The notes: generated by a model not told the origin, from the letters alone. A stretch of DNA of 64,000 nt from Octopus bimaculoides (GCF_001194135.2 NC_068982.1:99170169-99234168), one strand, 5' to 3'. Positions 14,990 through 29,452 are shown, numbered from the stretch's first letter. Numbers and translations are program-made.

Positions 14990-16253
14990 ACAGGTATGGA
15001 TATATAAACGCCCTTGGGCAAGCTGCATGGTGTGAGTAAACAATTTTGCTTTCGCTTGCCCCAGCAGGTCTTCGCAAGCCGATTTTAGTGTTCAATGAAA
15101 GAGACATTGGCATGGGTGCCAGTCGTCAAATTTAGTTCGATTTCGATTTCACTTGCCTCAACAGGTCTTCGCAAGCAGAGTTTAGTGTCCAAGGAAGGAA
15201 TGTTATGCATAAGTGGGCTGGCTACATCTCTGGCAGAAGCCTTGGATTTTGGTCTCACTTGGCTTGCCGGGTCTTCTCACACACAGCATATTTCCAAAGG
15301 TCTCGGTCACAAGTCATCATCTCGGTGAGGCCTAATGTTTGGAGGTCGTGCTTCACCACCTCATCCCAGGTCTTCATGGGCCTGCCTCTTCCACAGGTTC
15401 CCTCAACCGCTAGGGTGTAGCACTTTTTCACACAGCTATCCTCATCCATTCTCGGCACATGACCATACTAGCGCAATCGTCTCTCTTGCACACCACAACT
15501 GATGCTTCTTAGTCTCAACTTTCTTTTCTCTCAAGGTACTTACACTCTGTCGAGTATGCACACTGACATTACACATCCATAGGAGTATACTGGCTTCATT
15601 CCTTGCGAGCTTACACATGTCCTCAGCAGTCACAGCCCATGTTTCACTGCCATGTAGCATGTCTGTTTGTACACATGCGTCATACAGTCTGCATTTTACT
15701 CTGAGTGAGAAGCCCTTTGTCACCAGCAGAGGTAAGAGCTCTCTGAGCTTTGCCCAGGCTATTCTTATTCTAGCAGCTACACTTTCAGCACACCCTCCCC
15801 CACTACTAACTTGGTTACCTAGATAATGGAAGCTATCAGCTACTTCTGGTTTTTCTCCCTGGAATGGGGCAGAAGTTGTTTTCTGCACATTTTCAGTGTT
15901 TATTGCTCCTGAACATCTGCCACATACAAAAACTATCTTTCTAGTTAGCCTTCCTTTGATATTGCTGCACCTCTTATGTGTCCATAGCTTACACTGGGTA
16001 CATCTTATAGAGTTTCTACCTACACCTTCTCTACAGATCGAGCAGAGCCATCTACCTGAAGGGGTTTGTGTTTTGTCTACCTTCCTACTTATTAGGACTT
16101 TGGTTTTGGTTAGGTTGACTCCAAGGCACTAATCTTTGCTTCCACATCTGAAACTTCTCCTCTAGATCTGACAGTGACTTAGCAATTAGAGCAAGGTCAT
16201 CAGCATAGAGGAGCTCCCAGGGGCATCCTCTCTTGAATTCCTGTGTTATTGCC
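14990..16253 (-). mobile_element. RTE-clade non-LTR retrotransposon 3' portion (RT C-terminus plus 3' UTR), truncated by a gap
   Basis: Translations GCPWELLYADDLALIA (RT YADD motif), DSFHYLGNQVSSGGGCAESVAARIRIAW, LLVTKGFSLRVKCRLYDACVQTDMLHGSETW and GTCGRGRPMKTWDEVV, with frameshifts. Confidence 0.92.
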
Positions 16254-17182
16254 NNNNNNNNNNNNNNNNNNNNNNNNNNNNNNNNNNNNNNNNNNNNNNN
16301 NNNNNNNNNNNNNNNNNNNNNNNNNNNNNNNNNNNNNNNNNNNNNNNNNNNNNNNNNNNNNNNNNNNNNNNNNNNNNNNNNNNNNNNNNNNNNNNNNNNN
16401 NNNNNNNNNNNNNNNNNNNNNNNNNNNNNNNNNNNNNNNNNNNNNNNNNNNNNNNNNNNNNNNNNNNNNNNNNNNNNNNNNNNNNNNNNNNNNNNNNNNN
16501 NNNNNNNNNNNNNNNNNNNNNNNNNNNNNNNNNNNNNNNNNNNNNNNNNNNNNNNNNNNNNNNNNNNNNNNNNNNNNNNNNNNNNNNNNNNNNNNNNNNN
16601 NNNNNNNNNNNNNNNNNNNNNNNNNNNNNNNNNNNNNNNNNNNNNNNNNNNNNNNNNNNNNNNNNNNNNNNNNNNNNNNNNNNNNNNNNNNNNNNNNNNN
16701 NNNNNNNNNNNNNNNNNNNNNNNNNNNNNNNNNNNNNNNNNNNNNNNNNNNNNNNNNNNNNNNNNNNNNNNNNNNNNNNNNNNNNNNNNNNNNNNNNNNN
16801 NNNNNNNNNNNNNNNNNNNNNNNNNNNNNNNNNNNNNNNNNNNNNNNNNNNNNNNNNNNNNNNNNNNNNNNNNNNNNNNNNNNNNNNNNNNNNNNNNNNN
16901 NNNNNNNNNNNNNNNNNNNNNNNNNNNNNNNNNNNNNNNNNNNNNNNNNNNNNNNNNNNNNNNNNNNNNNNNNNNNNNNNNNNNNNNNNNNNNNNNNNNN
17001 NNNNNNNNNNNNNNNNNNNNNNNNNNNNNNNNNNNNNNNNNNNNNNNNNNNNNNNNNNNNNNNNNNNNNNNNNNNNNNNNNNNNNNNNNNNNNNNNNNNN
17101 NNNNNNNNNNNNNNNNNNNNNNNNNNNNNNNNNNNNNNNNNNNNNNNNNNNNNNNNNNNNNNNNNNNNNNNNNNNNNNNNNN

Positions 17183-17252
<70 letters not shown>

Positions 17253-17293
17253 GTATATATACACACACACACATATATACATATATACACATA

Positions 17294-18642
17294 CTAGCTT
17301 TTGGACCCGGCGTTGCTCATGCTTTCCGTGTTGCAGTTAAGCCAACCTCTGATCTTGTATTGAAATCTTCTACTTCTCCCTGCCAAGTATTATCCATTAA
17401 GATGTTATATTTGGTTCTGTAGGGATTTTACATGGTTAACGCTTTTGACATACTCCTACATTCGGGACCATCTGAAATCGCAGTCAAACGTTTGGGTGTA
17501 CCTCGGCCGTTGAGAGTGATGTTTGTTTATTTTTCTCCCCTTAATGCCACCCTCTGTACAAAATTGATCAGTGTATCCAATGTCAGAAAAATCCGAAGAA
17601 AAGTGTTAAGGTTACGTCATAAAATAGAATCTATGTGACCATTCACATGAAAATATCCCATTGACTTTTAAATCCCAATACATTATATGAATAATCGATG
17701 TTTCATGTGAAAGTGCTTAATTTTAATCATGGGTCAATTTTCTTCAAAATCGTTTCATTATTTTGTGAGTGAATTTTGACGATTTCTGCTTTCACCAATT
17801 TAGTTTTAATTCTACTACATGACTCTGAGCATAAACTTTACCTAAATGTCAAATTTCATCAAAATCAGATGAATTCTGTAAAAGTTACACCATAAAATAT
17901 TAATCCTAGGGGTAATTGCATACAAGAAGCCTATTGATTCCTTAAAATACCCTGCTCATGTGCAATTATCAATTTTTTGTCAACTTTTCATGCTGTCATC
18001 AACTAATGGACATGAACTGTAATCACATGTAAAATTTCTACCAAATTGATAAGAATGTCTCTAAGGAAATGCTTATTTGCATTTGTGCCCTTTTCAAGTC
18101 CTGTTGAATTAAATAAACATCTTTACCATCTCCCCCACCACAAAATTTACCTACATCTCAAATTACATTGAAATCGGATAAAAAATACAAAAGTTATGGT
18201 CAAAAATAAAATCCCTATGGGTATCTACATGCAAAAAGCTTATTGATTTTATAAAACCACTGCTCAGGTGCAATTATCGATTTTTTTGTCAATGCCATAT
18301 ACTGACATCAACTCACTGTCATGAGCCTCACTCACTCATCAACTTTCATCAAAATCGGACAAAAAAATGCAAAAGCTACAGGAAAAATAACATCATTATG
18401 GGACTTACCATTCAAATGCCTGATTCAGCTCACAAAAATTGATGCCAACTGAGCATTATCAAGTTTTCGAAAAATTCCAGCCTTATTTGAACTTCAGGGC
18501 ATGTGATCTACCTACGAGCCAAAACTCATTAAAATTTATTGGACGGTGTGGGAGGAGCTAGAGTAACCCCAAACACACACGCAGACACTATTACACATTT
18601 ATGTATATACACACACACATATATACATATATATTACATAGA
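17294..18642 (-). mobile_element. Non-autonomous Helitron-like element with internal degenerate tandem subrepeats; 5' end uncertain
   Basis: The minus strand ends ...gcaacgccgggtccaaaagCTAG|T (CTRR end, GC-rich subterminal hairpin remnant, T flank). The motif aaa(t/c)ttcatcaaaatc(g/a)g recurs at about 17851, 18041, 18160 and 18341. The opposite end is microsatellite-rich. No coding capacity. Confidence 0.62.
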
Positions 18643-21600
18643 CAATAATAATTTCAACTGAGACATCATACCTGTACCTGTTGCAGTGCTTCAATTCTGT
18701 GCATGTACATATATTTACTTGATTGCTGATATTTATCAATGGTTTCTCTCATTGTTTTGATGCATCATTTTCTATCATTAATAAAACTGTCAGCATTTTT
18801 GACAATATGGGTATGCTAGTTTAATTAGGAGAGAAAATATAAATGACATCTTCATGCAGTGCTCACCAACACACTTCAGTCTCTGACCCACAGATGTGCA
18901 GTCACATTTCTCTGCATTTTATACCACAACTCCTTAAAACTGACTGATCTCATACCACCTCCATGCAGACTCAACTCTCCTCTTATCACCCATAGCCACT
19001 TGCAGACCCTGCACTACTCACCCACATATATCATCCCATAAATTCCCCCACCCCTGCCCATGTATTCTTACAGCCATCAACTTGCACATTCAAGAGAAAT
19101 GTTAACCACTAAACAAATTAAAAAATAATTTGATTTAAAAAGCAAACAAATGATTTTAATTCACTGTATCCAACCAACGAATTTGTGGCTTTGTGCTATA
19201 ATTAAAATATATGTAATAATACTCAAATAAAATAACTTCCTTCACTTTCCAATTCTAAATTATACTGTTTCATAATATTTTGAAACCACTGTGTGAAAAT
19301 ACACATTATTCCATCCATTTTATTTTTGGCTGTTGCATAAAAAAAAAAACATCTTTAAAAAATCAACTATCTGACAAGTATATTTTTATTCACCTACAAA
19401 CTACAACTGCTTGTTGATAAACTGTATCATCTGTTTTATTATTATTATTATTATGTTTCCAACTGAACTTGTAAGCTACAAACCACCTTGACCCAAGCCT
19501 GATTTTTGTTCTGCTTTTTATCTCTACTCTGTCTTATCATCCCCCAAACTCATGAATTCTTTTCTCAATTCTTTCTCTTTACATCTGCAATTCTATAATA
19601 CATAACCACACATACCTTACAGGCATTAGCCAACAGAAGTTTAAATTAATTACTAATCTCATCAATCACAGGAAGGGTGGGATCTGTACTTTTCCAGCCT
19701 CAGTTATTAAAAAAAAATCAAAGACACAAAATTCTTCATAACACATTTACAATTATTTTTATTATTTTAGATCTGACAAACAGTGATATTCGCATAAACC
19801 ATTTACAGTTATCATTGCTAGCTTAATAAGTGTGGAATTCATCCTTTTTCCTAAACTTTCATTAGGAATTATGAGTCAAGTTGATGTTTTACTTCCTTCT
19901 TTATATTTGCCTTTTAACAAGTGAGATGTCCTTACTATTAATCACTAAATTGCAAGGTAGGACTAACATCCACTTTCAACTAGGATAGCAAGCAGATTGA
20001 CTGCTTTGTAGTAAGCTTTCAACTCCACCTTGTGAGTAGCAGTCCAGCATCTTAATTCAACAGCTAAATTACATTAATAACAGAGAACAAGTAAAAAAGA
20101 GATCTTCTACATTGAGAATTCCCTTAAAATTAATTCTCTATTCTAAACATACCAGTTCATATGGCTCATATTTATTGGCAGTTTCAAAGACTGTAGTAAA
20201 AAGACACCTGTATGAGACAGTCTATCACAGATTTTAACTAACTTTTCTAAATATTTGATCTCAAGGCTTTTGAATCACCTAGCAGTATTATCAGAAATGT
20301 AATCATTCTAGCATACACTTGTTTTACGCAATCTTGTTTTCTCTGAAGAAAAACTAAATGAGCCAAGAGAGGATTTAAACCCCAAAACCTGATTATAAAG
20401 TAGCTACTGGAAAGATTCAATTACACTCTTATCATACCAATTGAGTCCTCAAAATAAGCAACTGAAGGAAGTTAATTTACATTATACACTACACAGTTAA
20501 CTGTCATATATTATACAGCATACATAACCTCAACATAAATACAGCTAAGTAAAAGATAACATTGTTTACCTCATAATCTCAAATCAGAAGGTAGTTTTGT
20601 AGATTTAAACTTGTAAGTGATAACAATAATTTACTATATTACATGTATAGAGCAACATATACATCTGTATAATTGTCCAATTTCCTGGTTGCTAAACTAA
20701 TATATTAATTTATCATGCTTTCTGTCACATTGATATTCAACAGCAAATTATGGACAACAAATATTTATGACACAAATTTTTTTAAATATCACACTTTTAA
20801 ATAATATTTTGAACAAGAATTAGACCAATAACTTTATAGTTTTTAATAAGATCTGTGTGCATCCAAATTATTGTGAGGTTGAACATAACTTCAAACAATT
20901 TATGCTAAAAATAGATATTTTCTTTATGCACACCAAGCCATGAATATCTCTTTGAACATTTACTTCCCACATGGATAGATTAGACAAATAGATATATTAC
21001 AGGTGACACTAAAGAAATTCAGCAGATTATGTTAAAGAGAAAATACAAATGCACATTTGTATCCACACTGAATGGAAACAGTTGTCAAGAATTGTAATCT
21101 AACAGACAGCAAGAATAAATTTTTCAATCATGATTATGTTACAGAATATGTAACAGTGTATTTGGGAAGAAAATAGTTGAAGTCATCTGAGATGATAATC
21201 AATAAATTGAAGGTGCCGACTCATCTAACAGACAATAGCTGGGCATAATACTGAAATTTAAATCATACATCAGCTTTGTGGCTTAATTTTAAAGAAATAC
21301 AGTTAAAAGTAATCATATAACAAAAATAGATTCTGTTATAATAAAGTATATTCCAGCTCTGATGGATTTTCTTTCACTATACCAAAAAGAAAAAAATAAG
21401 TCTGATCTATAACTCAAGAAATAGAGAAATCTGCCTTGAGAAGGAAATTATTTTCAATCCAAACATAAAGTAAGCTTCAACATATTGCTATACATTTCTA
21501 TTTTAGCATTCATAGGAGTACCCATGATAATGAAGGCACAGACTACCTAAAAAGAAATGCTATGTAACTTCAATCTCGACCGGCAACTGAGATGCCACTT

Positions 21601-21725
21601 CATCAAAGGCTGGAATGTAGTGAAAATGTCTTGCTAAATGAATAGCAGATAAAGATCATACAGTTGAAAATGACACAGACAGGGTTATGTTAAGGAAGTT
21701 GTAAAATTCACTTTACTCATACATG

Positions 21726-21787
<62 letters not shown>

Positions 21788-22608
21788 ATGCGTCTGTGTC
21801 TAAGCATGTATGTAATGACTTTAGTGTGTTCATCATCATCTTTATTTTGTTCTATTTTTAACAATGCGTTTTCATTATTTTATTTTGTCATTCTACTTCA
21901 AACTACTGCTTTGAAAATGAAAAATTATCAATACAGTACTTAAAAATCATGTTACACACTTGTATTTTTTCCAAGGTAAAAAGATAAATAAATACGTGCA
22001 AGGCAATCACAGCCTGTAGCTAAACGTAGCTGCAGAACAAGATGACATGGAAAACAATGGGGAGAATTTCTGATTTTAATTGTTAGACAAGGGTTGGAGT
22101 GTTTATTCTAGTCATTCATTGAAAAGAAATAGACAGAGGTAGTGAGAGAGAGAGAGTATTGTTGCATAGTGGTACCAAACAGCAAAATTTCCAGGAGGAG
22201 ATACTTTACAAAGAGCAAAATTTCTACAATGGGAAGAGGGGATCATTTAAAAAATAGTCCTTTGTTTAAGCTAAACAAAAATATACTCGTTTTATATGAC
22301 TTATTTGAGATGTACACACAAACACATTTAATAACTATCTAAAAAGTAAGATTTTATAATTAATTCAAATTGACATTTTGAAAATCATTCTGGTCACATT
22401 CTTAATAGTAACTATATTTAAAAAAATACATATGGGCTAACTGGTCATTGAAATTAGACATTGAATATACACACAAACATATATATATATATATATATAT
22501 ATACACATTTAAAGATGCACGTATATACATACGTGAGTTTATATGCACACACATAATTTATATATGAACATACACATATATATACATATAATACATATAT
22601 AATTTATA

Positions 22609-22652
<44 letters not shown>

Positions 22653-23410
22653 AAGCTGTGAAGAACAGAACACTTTACTAGAGACTACCACCATCACCAC
22701 TATCCCAATCAACGTATGTCATTCATTTATCAGCTGTTTTCTCCTGTCTGCAACTAACATGCACCATATTTGCTGCTGCTGTTACTGCTCATATGTACTA
22801 GACACATGCATGAAATGTGAGAGACTGATGGTTCATTGTCAAGTTGGGGGCTCCAGTGATATTTGTCAGATTTCTTCCAAATGAAATTGCTGGAATCACA
22901 CAGCACCATATATCCGATTAGTTTAATATTTTCTGTTGAGCCATAAACACAAATGTGTACTAAGACACTGCCGTATGGCAACACTCCGATCTATGGCAGC
23001 ACACCTCATACCTCATGTGATATCACCAATAGAATATATACAGAGAATTGATTTACCATCCCTACAACCATGTATCTAATATACATACATTTTTAACTAA
23101 CAGATATTACATCCATTTCAAAGAAATGATAGTGGGTTGGATGGTGTTGCAAATAGTTGTATTTCTCATTAGTAGAATGCTCTTTATGATGTTAACCACT
23201 CAACAATGAGGTAGAAATGGTATCTTTTTGACAGCTGGTTAGGCTAACTGAATGGAGCAAACAGAGGGAAAACGACACTAATGTGTATGCGTGTGTGCTC
23301 ATAAACATGCACACAAACATTCTAAACATAATCTTCAATGTCGTTTCCATTAAATACACACACCACATACACAATATATGTAAAACCTTGTTGACAGGTT
23401 AAACATTAAG

Positions 23411-23469
<59 letters not shown>

Positions 23470-25279
23470 TACACACACACGTGTGTATGTATTAGTCATA
23501 CTAGCTTTTAAATATATAGTACTTTCAAACTAACACCTGAATCATGCTTTTGGGTGTTTTACAAACTTCAATTTTTTTTTAGTCAGTATTCATTGTTAAT
23601 CTTATCCAAACTACAAATACAGCAAAGACTCACAAAGCTATGGACTCAGTTCAGAATAACTACAAATGAATGGCAGAAAGAGAGGGGAAGGAGGGAGGGA
23701 ATGAAAGAGGAAGAGAGAGAAAATGAGTGAGTGTGAGTGTTATTTTAAACGTCTTTGTTTTACATGGAACATGTCATAGGAAAAAGAAAGTCATTGAAAG
23801 ATTAACTTCAGATGCTACATATAGCACAACTCCAAAATGAAAATGGAAAAATTTCATGGGAGAGACTGAAAAGTCCCTTAGCTTTCTCATGGTTAAAAAT
23901 ACATTTGGTTGGTTAACACCAGCCACGTGCCAAGGTTCGTTAGCAGAGAAATGGATATGGGATTATATTAACAAAATTGAATTTATTAAAACAGGATGAT
24001 GCAAAAGACTTTCAATTTACACACAAATACATTCTCTCTCCCTTCTTTCTCTCCCAACCCTTACAGTAAACTCTTTCATACAGTCTTTTTTGTGTATCTC
24101 ACGCCATCTTTTCCACTTATACTCTCTCTCCATTTTGCATCCAGTCTCACACATTATCTTGCTCTCCACTCATACACACTCAGTTTGATGCTTTCACTCA
24201 CTATATTTTGACACACAGCCTATACTTAATGCATGCACTTCCTTCTACTGATTTTCAAGTCTCATCACATACTAGCAGTTCCTGGACCAGGCAGACACTC
24301 TTTACGCCCTACTCTCAAAAATTTACACTCAAACTCATCCACTTAAGCAATTAGTCTGAGAAGTCTTTCTCTGTCACTCAGTCTGTGAAAGTGTTTGACA
24401 CTAATCAAATCCTAACAGTATTTTGGATCATACACTGAAGAACATCTACCCTGCTCCTACTAAACAATCGCCTACCTTTCTTTTGAACAAACTAATCATT
24501 TCAATATACTTACATATACACATATTATCTATGCAGATATACAAAAATATACATCCAAGTATACATGTATACACAATACATAGATGTACATACGCATAGA
24601 TACATCATCCATGCAAATACATGCATGGTTTTTGTGTCTGAGAGCAAGAGACAGAGAGAGTGCATGTGTGTGCATAAGAGAGTGTGTGTGTGTGTACATA
24701 CATATACATACATGTAAATGCACACAATCGTGCACACAAGCTAAAACATTCTAAAAAGGAACAACAAAAAATCTCCAAAACAGCAGTTCTGCTGATGCAA
24801 TGCAACCGGCATTTTTGGTGCTTCATTATTTACTGCTACTATTGTCATCATGGTGGGAGTTTATTGTAGATAGTAATGTGCTGCGATGCTCTACGCTGCC
24901 TATTAAAATACTTTACTGATTTGAGTTCATATTACATCAGTATCAACTTCCATTCTTTATACATTTGAAGAAAATGAAATAAACAATATATCAGGGTTGA
25001 TTTCTTTGTCAAATTAATTGCTTCATCAAAACGAAATCTCTATTATTATCATCATTGTAGGTGTTACTTTATGGTTCTAGACTAAATATTATGCTGATTT
25101 TATTTGAAATGTTACTATCATTATTCTCATGATTATTATTTAATTATAAAATTATTATTAATGGCGATATTATTATTATAATTATTATTATTGGAAAAAT
25201 CGGTGGGAAAAATATACCTTGTAGTTTTTAGTTATTTCTCTTTAGGTTGTAAGTTCAAATTTCAGCAAGTTCAATTTTA

Positions 25280-25628
25280 CCTTTCACTAACAATAACAAG
25301 TAGCTCTCAAGTTCTGGGGTTGGTTAAATCAATTACCACCCTTCAAAAGATTTGCAGCTTTGTGCCAATGTAAGAAACCATTGGCTTTGTGCCTAAATTA
25401 GAAACTATTATTATTATCAGGCAGCAGCTGGCAGATTCATAAGCATGCCGGGCAAAATGCTTAGCGGCATTTCGTCCGTCTTTACGTTGTATTCAAATTC
25501 CACCAAGGTCCACTTTGCCTTTCAGTCTTCTGGGATAGATAAATTAAGTACCAGTGAAACACTGGGGTCAATGTAATCGACTAGTCCCGTCCCCCAAAAT
25601 TTCTGGCCTTGTGTCATTGGAGGAAAGG

Positions 25629-25678
<50 letters not shown>

Positions 25679-26570
25679 GCGGCAGCTGGCAGAATCGTTA
25701 GCACACCAGACTAAATGATTAGCAGCATTTAGTCCATCTTTACATTCTGAGTTCAAATGCCACCGAGGTCGACTTTGCCTTTAATCCTTTCAGGTCAATT
25801 AAATGAGTACCAGTTGAACACTGGTGGCAATGTAATCAGCTAACCCCTTCCCCTCAAATTTCAGGCCTATAATAGAAAAGATGATTATTATTACCATTAT
25901 TATTATAAGGTGGCAGCTGGCAGAATCGTTAGCACACTGGGCAAAATGATTAGCAATATTTCATCCAGCTTCATGTTCTGGGTTCAAACACCACTGAGGT
26001 CAACTTTGCCTTTCATACTTTTGGGTATATAAAACAAGAACCAATTGAGTACTGGGGGTGATGTAATCAATTTACCCACTTACCCAAAATTGCTGGCCTT
26101 GTGCCAAAAATTGATATTATTATTATTATTATTATTATTATTAAAGCTGTCAGTTGACTAAATGCTTTACAGTATTTATCTTTATTCTATATTCTGCATC
26201 TATTAGTGTCTCTTTACATTCTCTGTTCAAACCCTACTGGGGACAATTTTGGGGAGGGTGGAGTCAATAAAAAAAGTGCCACTTAAGTATTGAAGTTGAT
26301 TTAATCGATTACATCTTCACTACCCAAATTTATGGCTTTTGTGCCTATGCAGAAATTGTCATTGTCATTATTATTATTATTATTATTATTATGATGATGA
26401 TGATTATTATCATTATCATCATCATCATTAGGGTGGATGAGTGGCAGAAAGAGTTGTGTACCTCGTAAAAATACTTTGCAGTATTCAGTTACATTCCAAG
26501 TTCAAATCACACATGTAAGTCATACTGGGTCAATGCAATCGACTATCTGGGCCTAGCGCCAAAGTCAGGA
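25280..26570 (+). mobile_element. Head-to-tail cluster of about 5-6 related SINE copies (tRNA-like head plus Nin/Deu-like domain), separated by (ATT)n
   Basis: ggcagctggcagaatcgttagcac...gagttcaaat...gaggtcgactttgccttt...agtaccag...ctggcctt recurs at about 25420, 25680 and 25910, with more degenerate copies at about 26150 and 26430. Each is followed by an (ATT)n or (ATC)n tract. Confidence 0.8.
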
Positions 26571-26571
26571 A

Positions 26572-26615
26572 TACTACTACTACTACTACTGCTGCTGCTA
26601 CGGCTGCTGCTGCTG

Positions 26616-26643
<28 letters not shown>
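26572..26643. repeat. Compound trinucleotide microsatellite (CTA)n-(CTG)n-(CTA)n
   Basis: Read directly: tactactac...actgctgctgctacggctgctgctgctgctactactac... Confidence 0.9.
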
Positions 26644-26646
<3 letters not shown>

Positions 26647-27371
26647 CCCTTCCTCCTATTTACATCATTAGATTATTAAAATATGTCTGGAACAGAAATA
26701 CCTATTCAAGATGCGCAAGCGACAAACATCGATGTCCCGTACCTCTTCATACATAGTTAAGAGTTAGGAATGAATGAATGAGAGAGAGAGCGAGAAAGAA
26801 AGAAGTAGAAAGGCAGATTGACAAGAGATAGCTTTGCTGTATTATAGAGAGAGAAAGTGAGGGAGAGAGAGAGAAATAGACATATATATCTTCATTCATA
26901 TTTGTTCATTTCTAAATCTTATGCAGTGAAAGCTAGCTCCATCCCTCATACACTACTACTTTTCTTTGTCTTACATAAAGCTTGTTTGTACATACACGCA
27001 TGCACTAACACAGACACACACACACTAGTTATTTACAACTACTATCGGTTCTGGTATTGCAAACATACACAACATACATTATTGATTGAACAACTAACAA
27101 CAGTGAACAAAAAAACCTAGGCATTATTGTGTGTGTGTGTGTGTACGTAGAGACAAACACACATGTGTGTGTGTGTGTGTGTATAGTGACGAGAAATGGA
27201 AATGTACAAATAAATTTATGCTTTATAATATTATACAGATTCTGTTTCAGTTTGCAAATATGGAAAATGCTTTTGTTCGTGTAGAAACCAATATGCCAGC
27301 CAATGTGTGTGCGCGTGTATCTATGGATATATTATGTATGCACACGCACACATGCATACATACATACATAC

Positions 27372-27419
<48 letters not shown>

Positions 27420-27751
27420 NNNNNNNNNNNNNNNNNNNNNNNNNNNNNNNNNNNNNNNNNNNNNNNNNNNNNNNNNNNNNNNNNNNNNNNNNNNNNNNNN
27501 NNCCGGATGCAGAAGCTACAGAAGACAAGTCTAGCAAAGACAACAGCAGCAGCAGGCCTGGACTACATAATGTCGAAATTTCCAGTAAGAAGAATCCAGA
27601 CGTGCCAATACCACAGCAGATTTTAGGCGTGTGTCTTCTAGAAGGCTTATGATATAGACCATTTCACCGTGTTTATGCCAAGGATGATAAAAGCAAGAGC
27701 TTGATAGGTTCCACCATGCACTTTTTAGTCCTTTTCATTATGTCATGTGTC

Positions 27752-27793
<42 letters not shown>

Positions 27794-28059
27794 CACACAC
27801 ACACACATGATATCGCATTGTTCCGTGTAGTAACATGTCTGTTGTCACAAAATATTGTCACTGGCATTAGCATCTCCCCTTTCTTTAAAATAAATTTGTT
27901 TTTACAACACCTCAAATAAAATAATTTCATCGTAAGATAAAGAGAAAGTGTTTTATTATTATATTATTTTTTATGTGTGTGCATATGTATGTTAGCACAT
28001 TAAAGGATGAGTCAGGCTTGTAATCAGCAGCCTTATTACACAAACACTACGTGCTGAAG

Positions 28060-28101
<42 letters not shown>

Positions 28102-28272
28102 NNNNNNNNNNGATAAAAAGACTACCTACAACTTCAATCTGTTTCTACACACACACACACACACACGCACAGAGGAGGAAGAGAGAGTAATATAATTACA
28201 GCGGACCAATAAGGGAGGGAGCAATTTTGTTGATTTCTTACTCAATGCATGATATATGTATGAGGGTGTGTG

Positions 28273-28307
<35 letters not shown>

Positions 28308-28314
28308 CACAAAC

Positions 28315-28790
28315 ATCAGGTGCAGGTGTGGCTGTGGTTGAGAAGTTTCCCTCTCAATCACATTGTTTCAGGTCCAGTCTAATGGCACGGTACCTTTGGC
28401 TAGTGTCTTCTACTCTAACCCTGGGCCAAACCAAGTTTAGTGAATGGATTTAGTAGACAGCAACTGGGGGAAAAAGCTTGTTGTGTGTGTGTGTATGTAT
28501 GTATGTATGTATGCATGCATGCATATGCATATCTGTGAGTGTATGTTTGTGTCTCCTTGTCTTGACATTACATAATAGCTGTAAATGAATGTCATACAAG
28601 AAGTGTCATTCATTTCCAATATTCTGTGAAAATATGTCTAGCCAGAGATAAAAATTACCTTAATTGGGAGCAGGTGAGTTGGTGACAGGAAGGGGATCAG
28701 TCCATAGAAAATTTACCTCAATAGAGTCTGTCCAACCTTTGCAAGTATGAAAAAGTGAACCTTAAAACACTAAAGATGATGATGATGATA
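28315..28790 (+). mobile_element. tRNA-derived SINE with CORE-like segment, internal (GT/TATG)n and RTE-type tail
   Basis: gtggctgtggttgagaag...cagtctaatggcacggtacctttggctagtgtcttctact... then microsatellite, then gtcttgacattacataatagctgtaaatgaatgtc...ggaaggggatc...(gat)n. The same modular layout occurs at 36.4 and 40.8 kb. Confidence 0.7.
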
Positions 28791-29452
28791 TATACACATG
28801 TATATATATATATCATCATTTTATGTCCACTTTCAAAGCCAGCATGGTAAACAGTTTGACAGGATCCAATGGGCTCTCATCCAATGTCTGTTTTGGGCTT
28901 ACTTTCCTAACAACTTTACATAGGGTATTGGGTACATTTTTCATAGCACCAGCACTATAGAGGCTGTCTTGTTTTCAGCATAATTAATGTGTCCAGCATT
29001 GTTGCAGTTTGGATCAATTACTGAACAGAGTGTACAGGGTGCTTTTTGTGACATAAGCACTGGGGAGTCATCTTGCAGCTTGGATGGAAAATAACAGATT
29101 TATTGTAAGAGAATGGTAATGGAGAGAATAACCAAGGGAACAGTGTTGAAATGGAGTGCAGAGGAGAGAGGAAGGGAAGGGTAATGTTAGGGGCTAGTGT
29201 GAAGAAATGTGGGGAGAGAACAACAGGGAAATGGTAATGGAATGGGTTCAGTAGGAAAACCCAATGATGGATTGCATCAGATTACATGCCACCTTAGCAT
29301 GGGTTGAACAGTTTGCAAGGGTCCGGGACAGTTCTTATTGGAGTTACACAGGTTTATTATTAAGAAACAAAAGTGACAAATGATACTGTTAGGGAAGAGG
29401 TTAAGAGAAGGGAAGCAAGGAGTAGCGTCAAGGGGTTAATAAATGAGAGTTA

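Noticed and set aside
21545-21625. Possible minus-strand exon with a decent acceptor
   Set aside because: All three frames contain stops before the donor.
23020-23032. GGTGATATCACA on the minus strand, resembling DIP2 exon 2 (G-D-I-T)
   Set aside because: The next codon is TGA, there is no AG acceptor and no QKGYEKKR follows.
25280-26570. CRISPR-like repeat-spacer periodicity
   Set aside because: The context is eukaryotic, units are over 200 bp and diverged, and the spacers are microsatellites. These are SINE copies.
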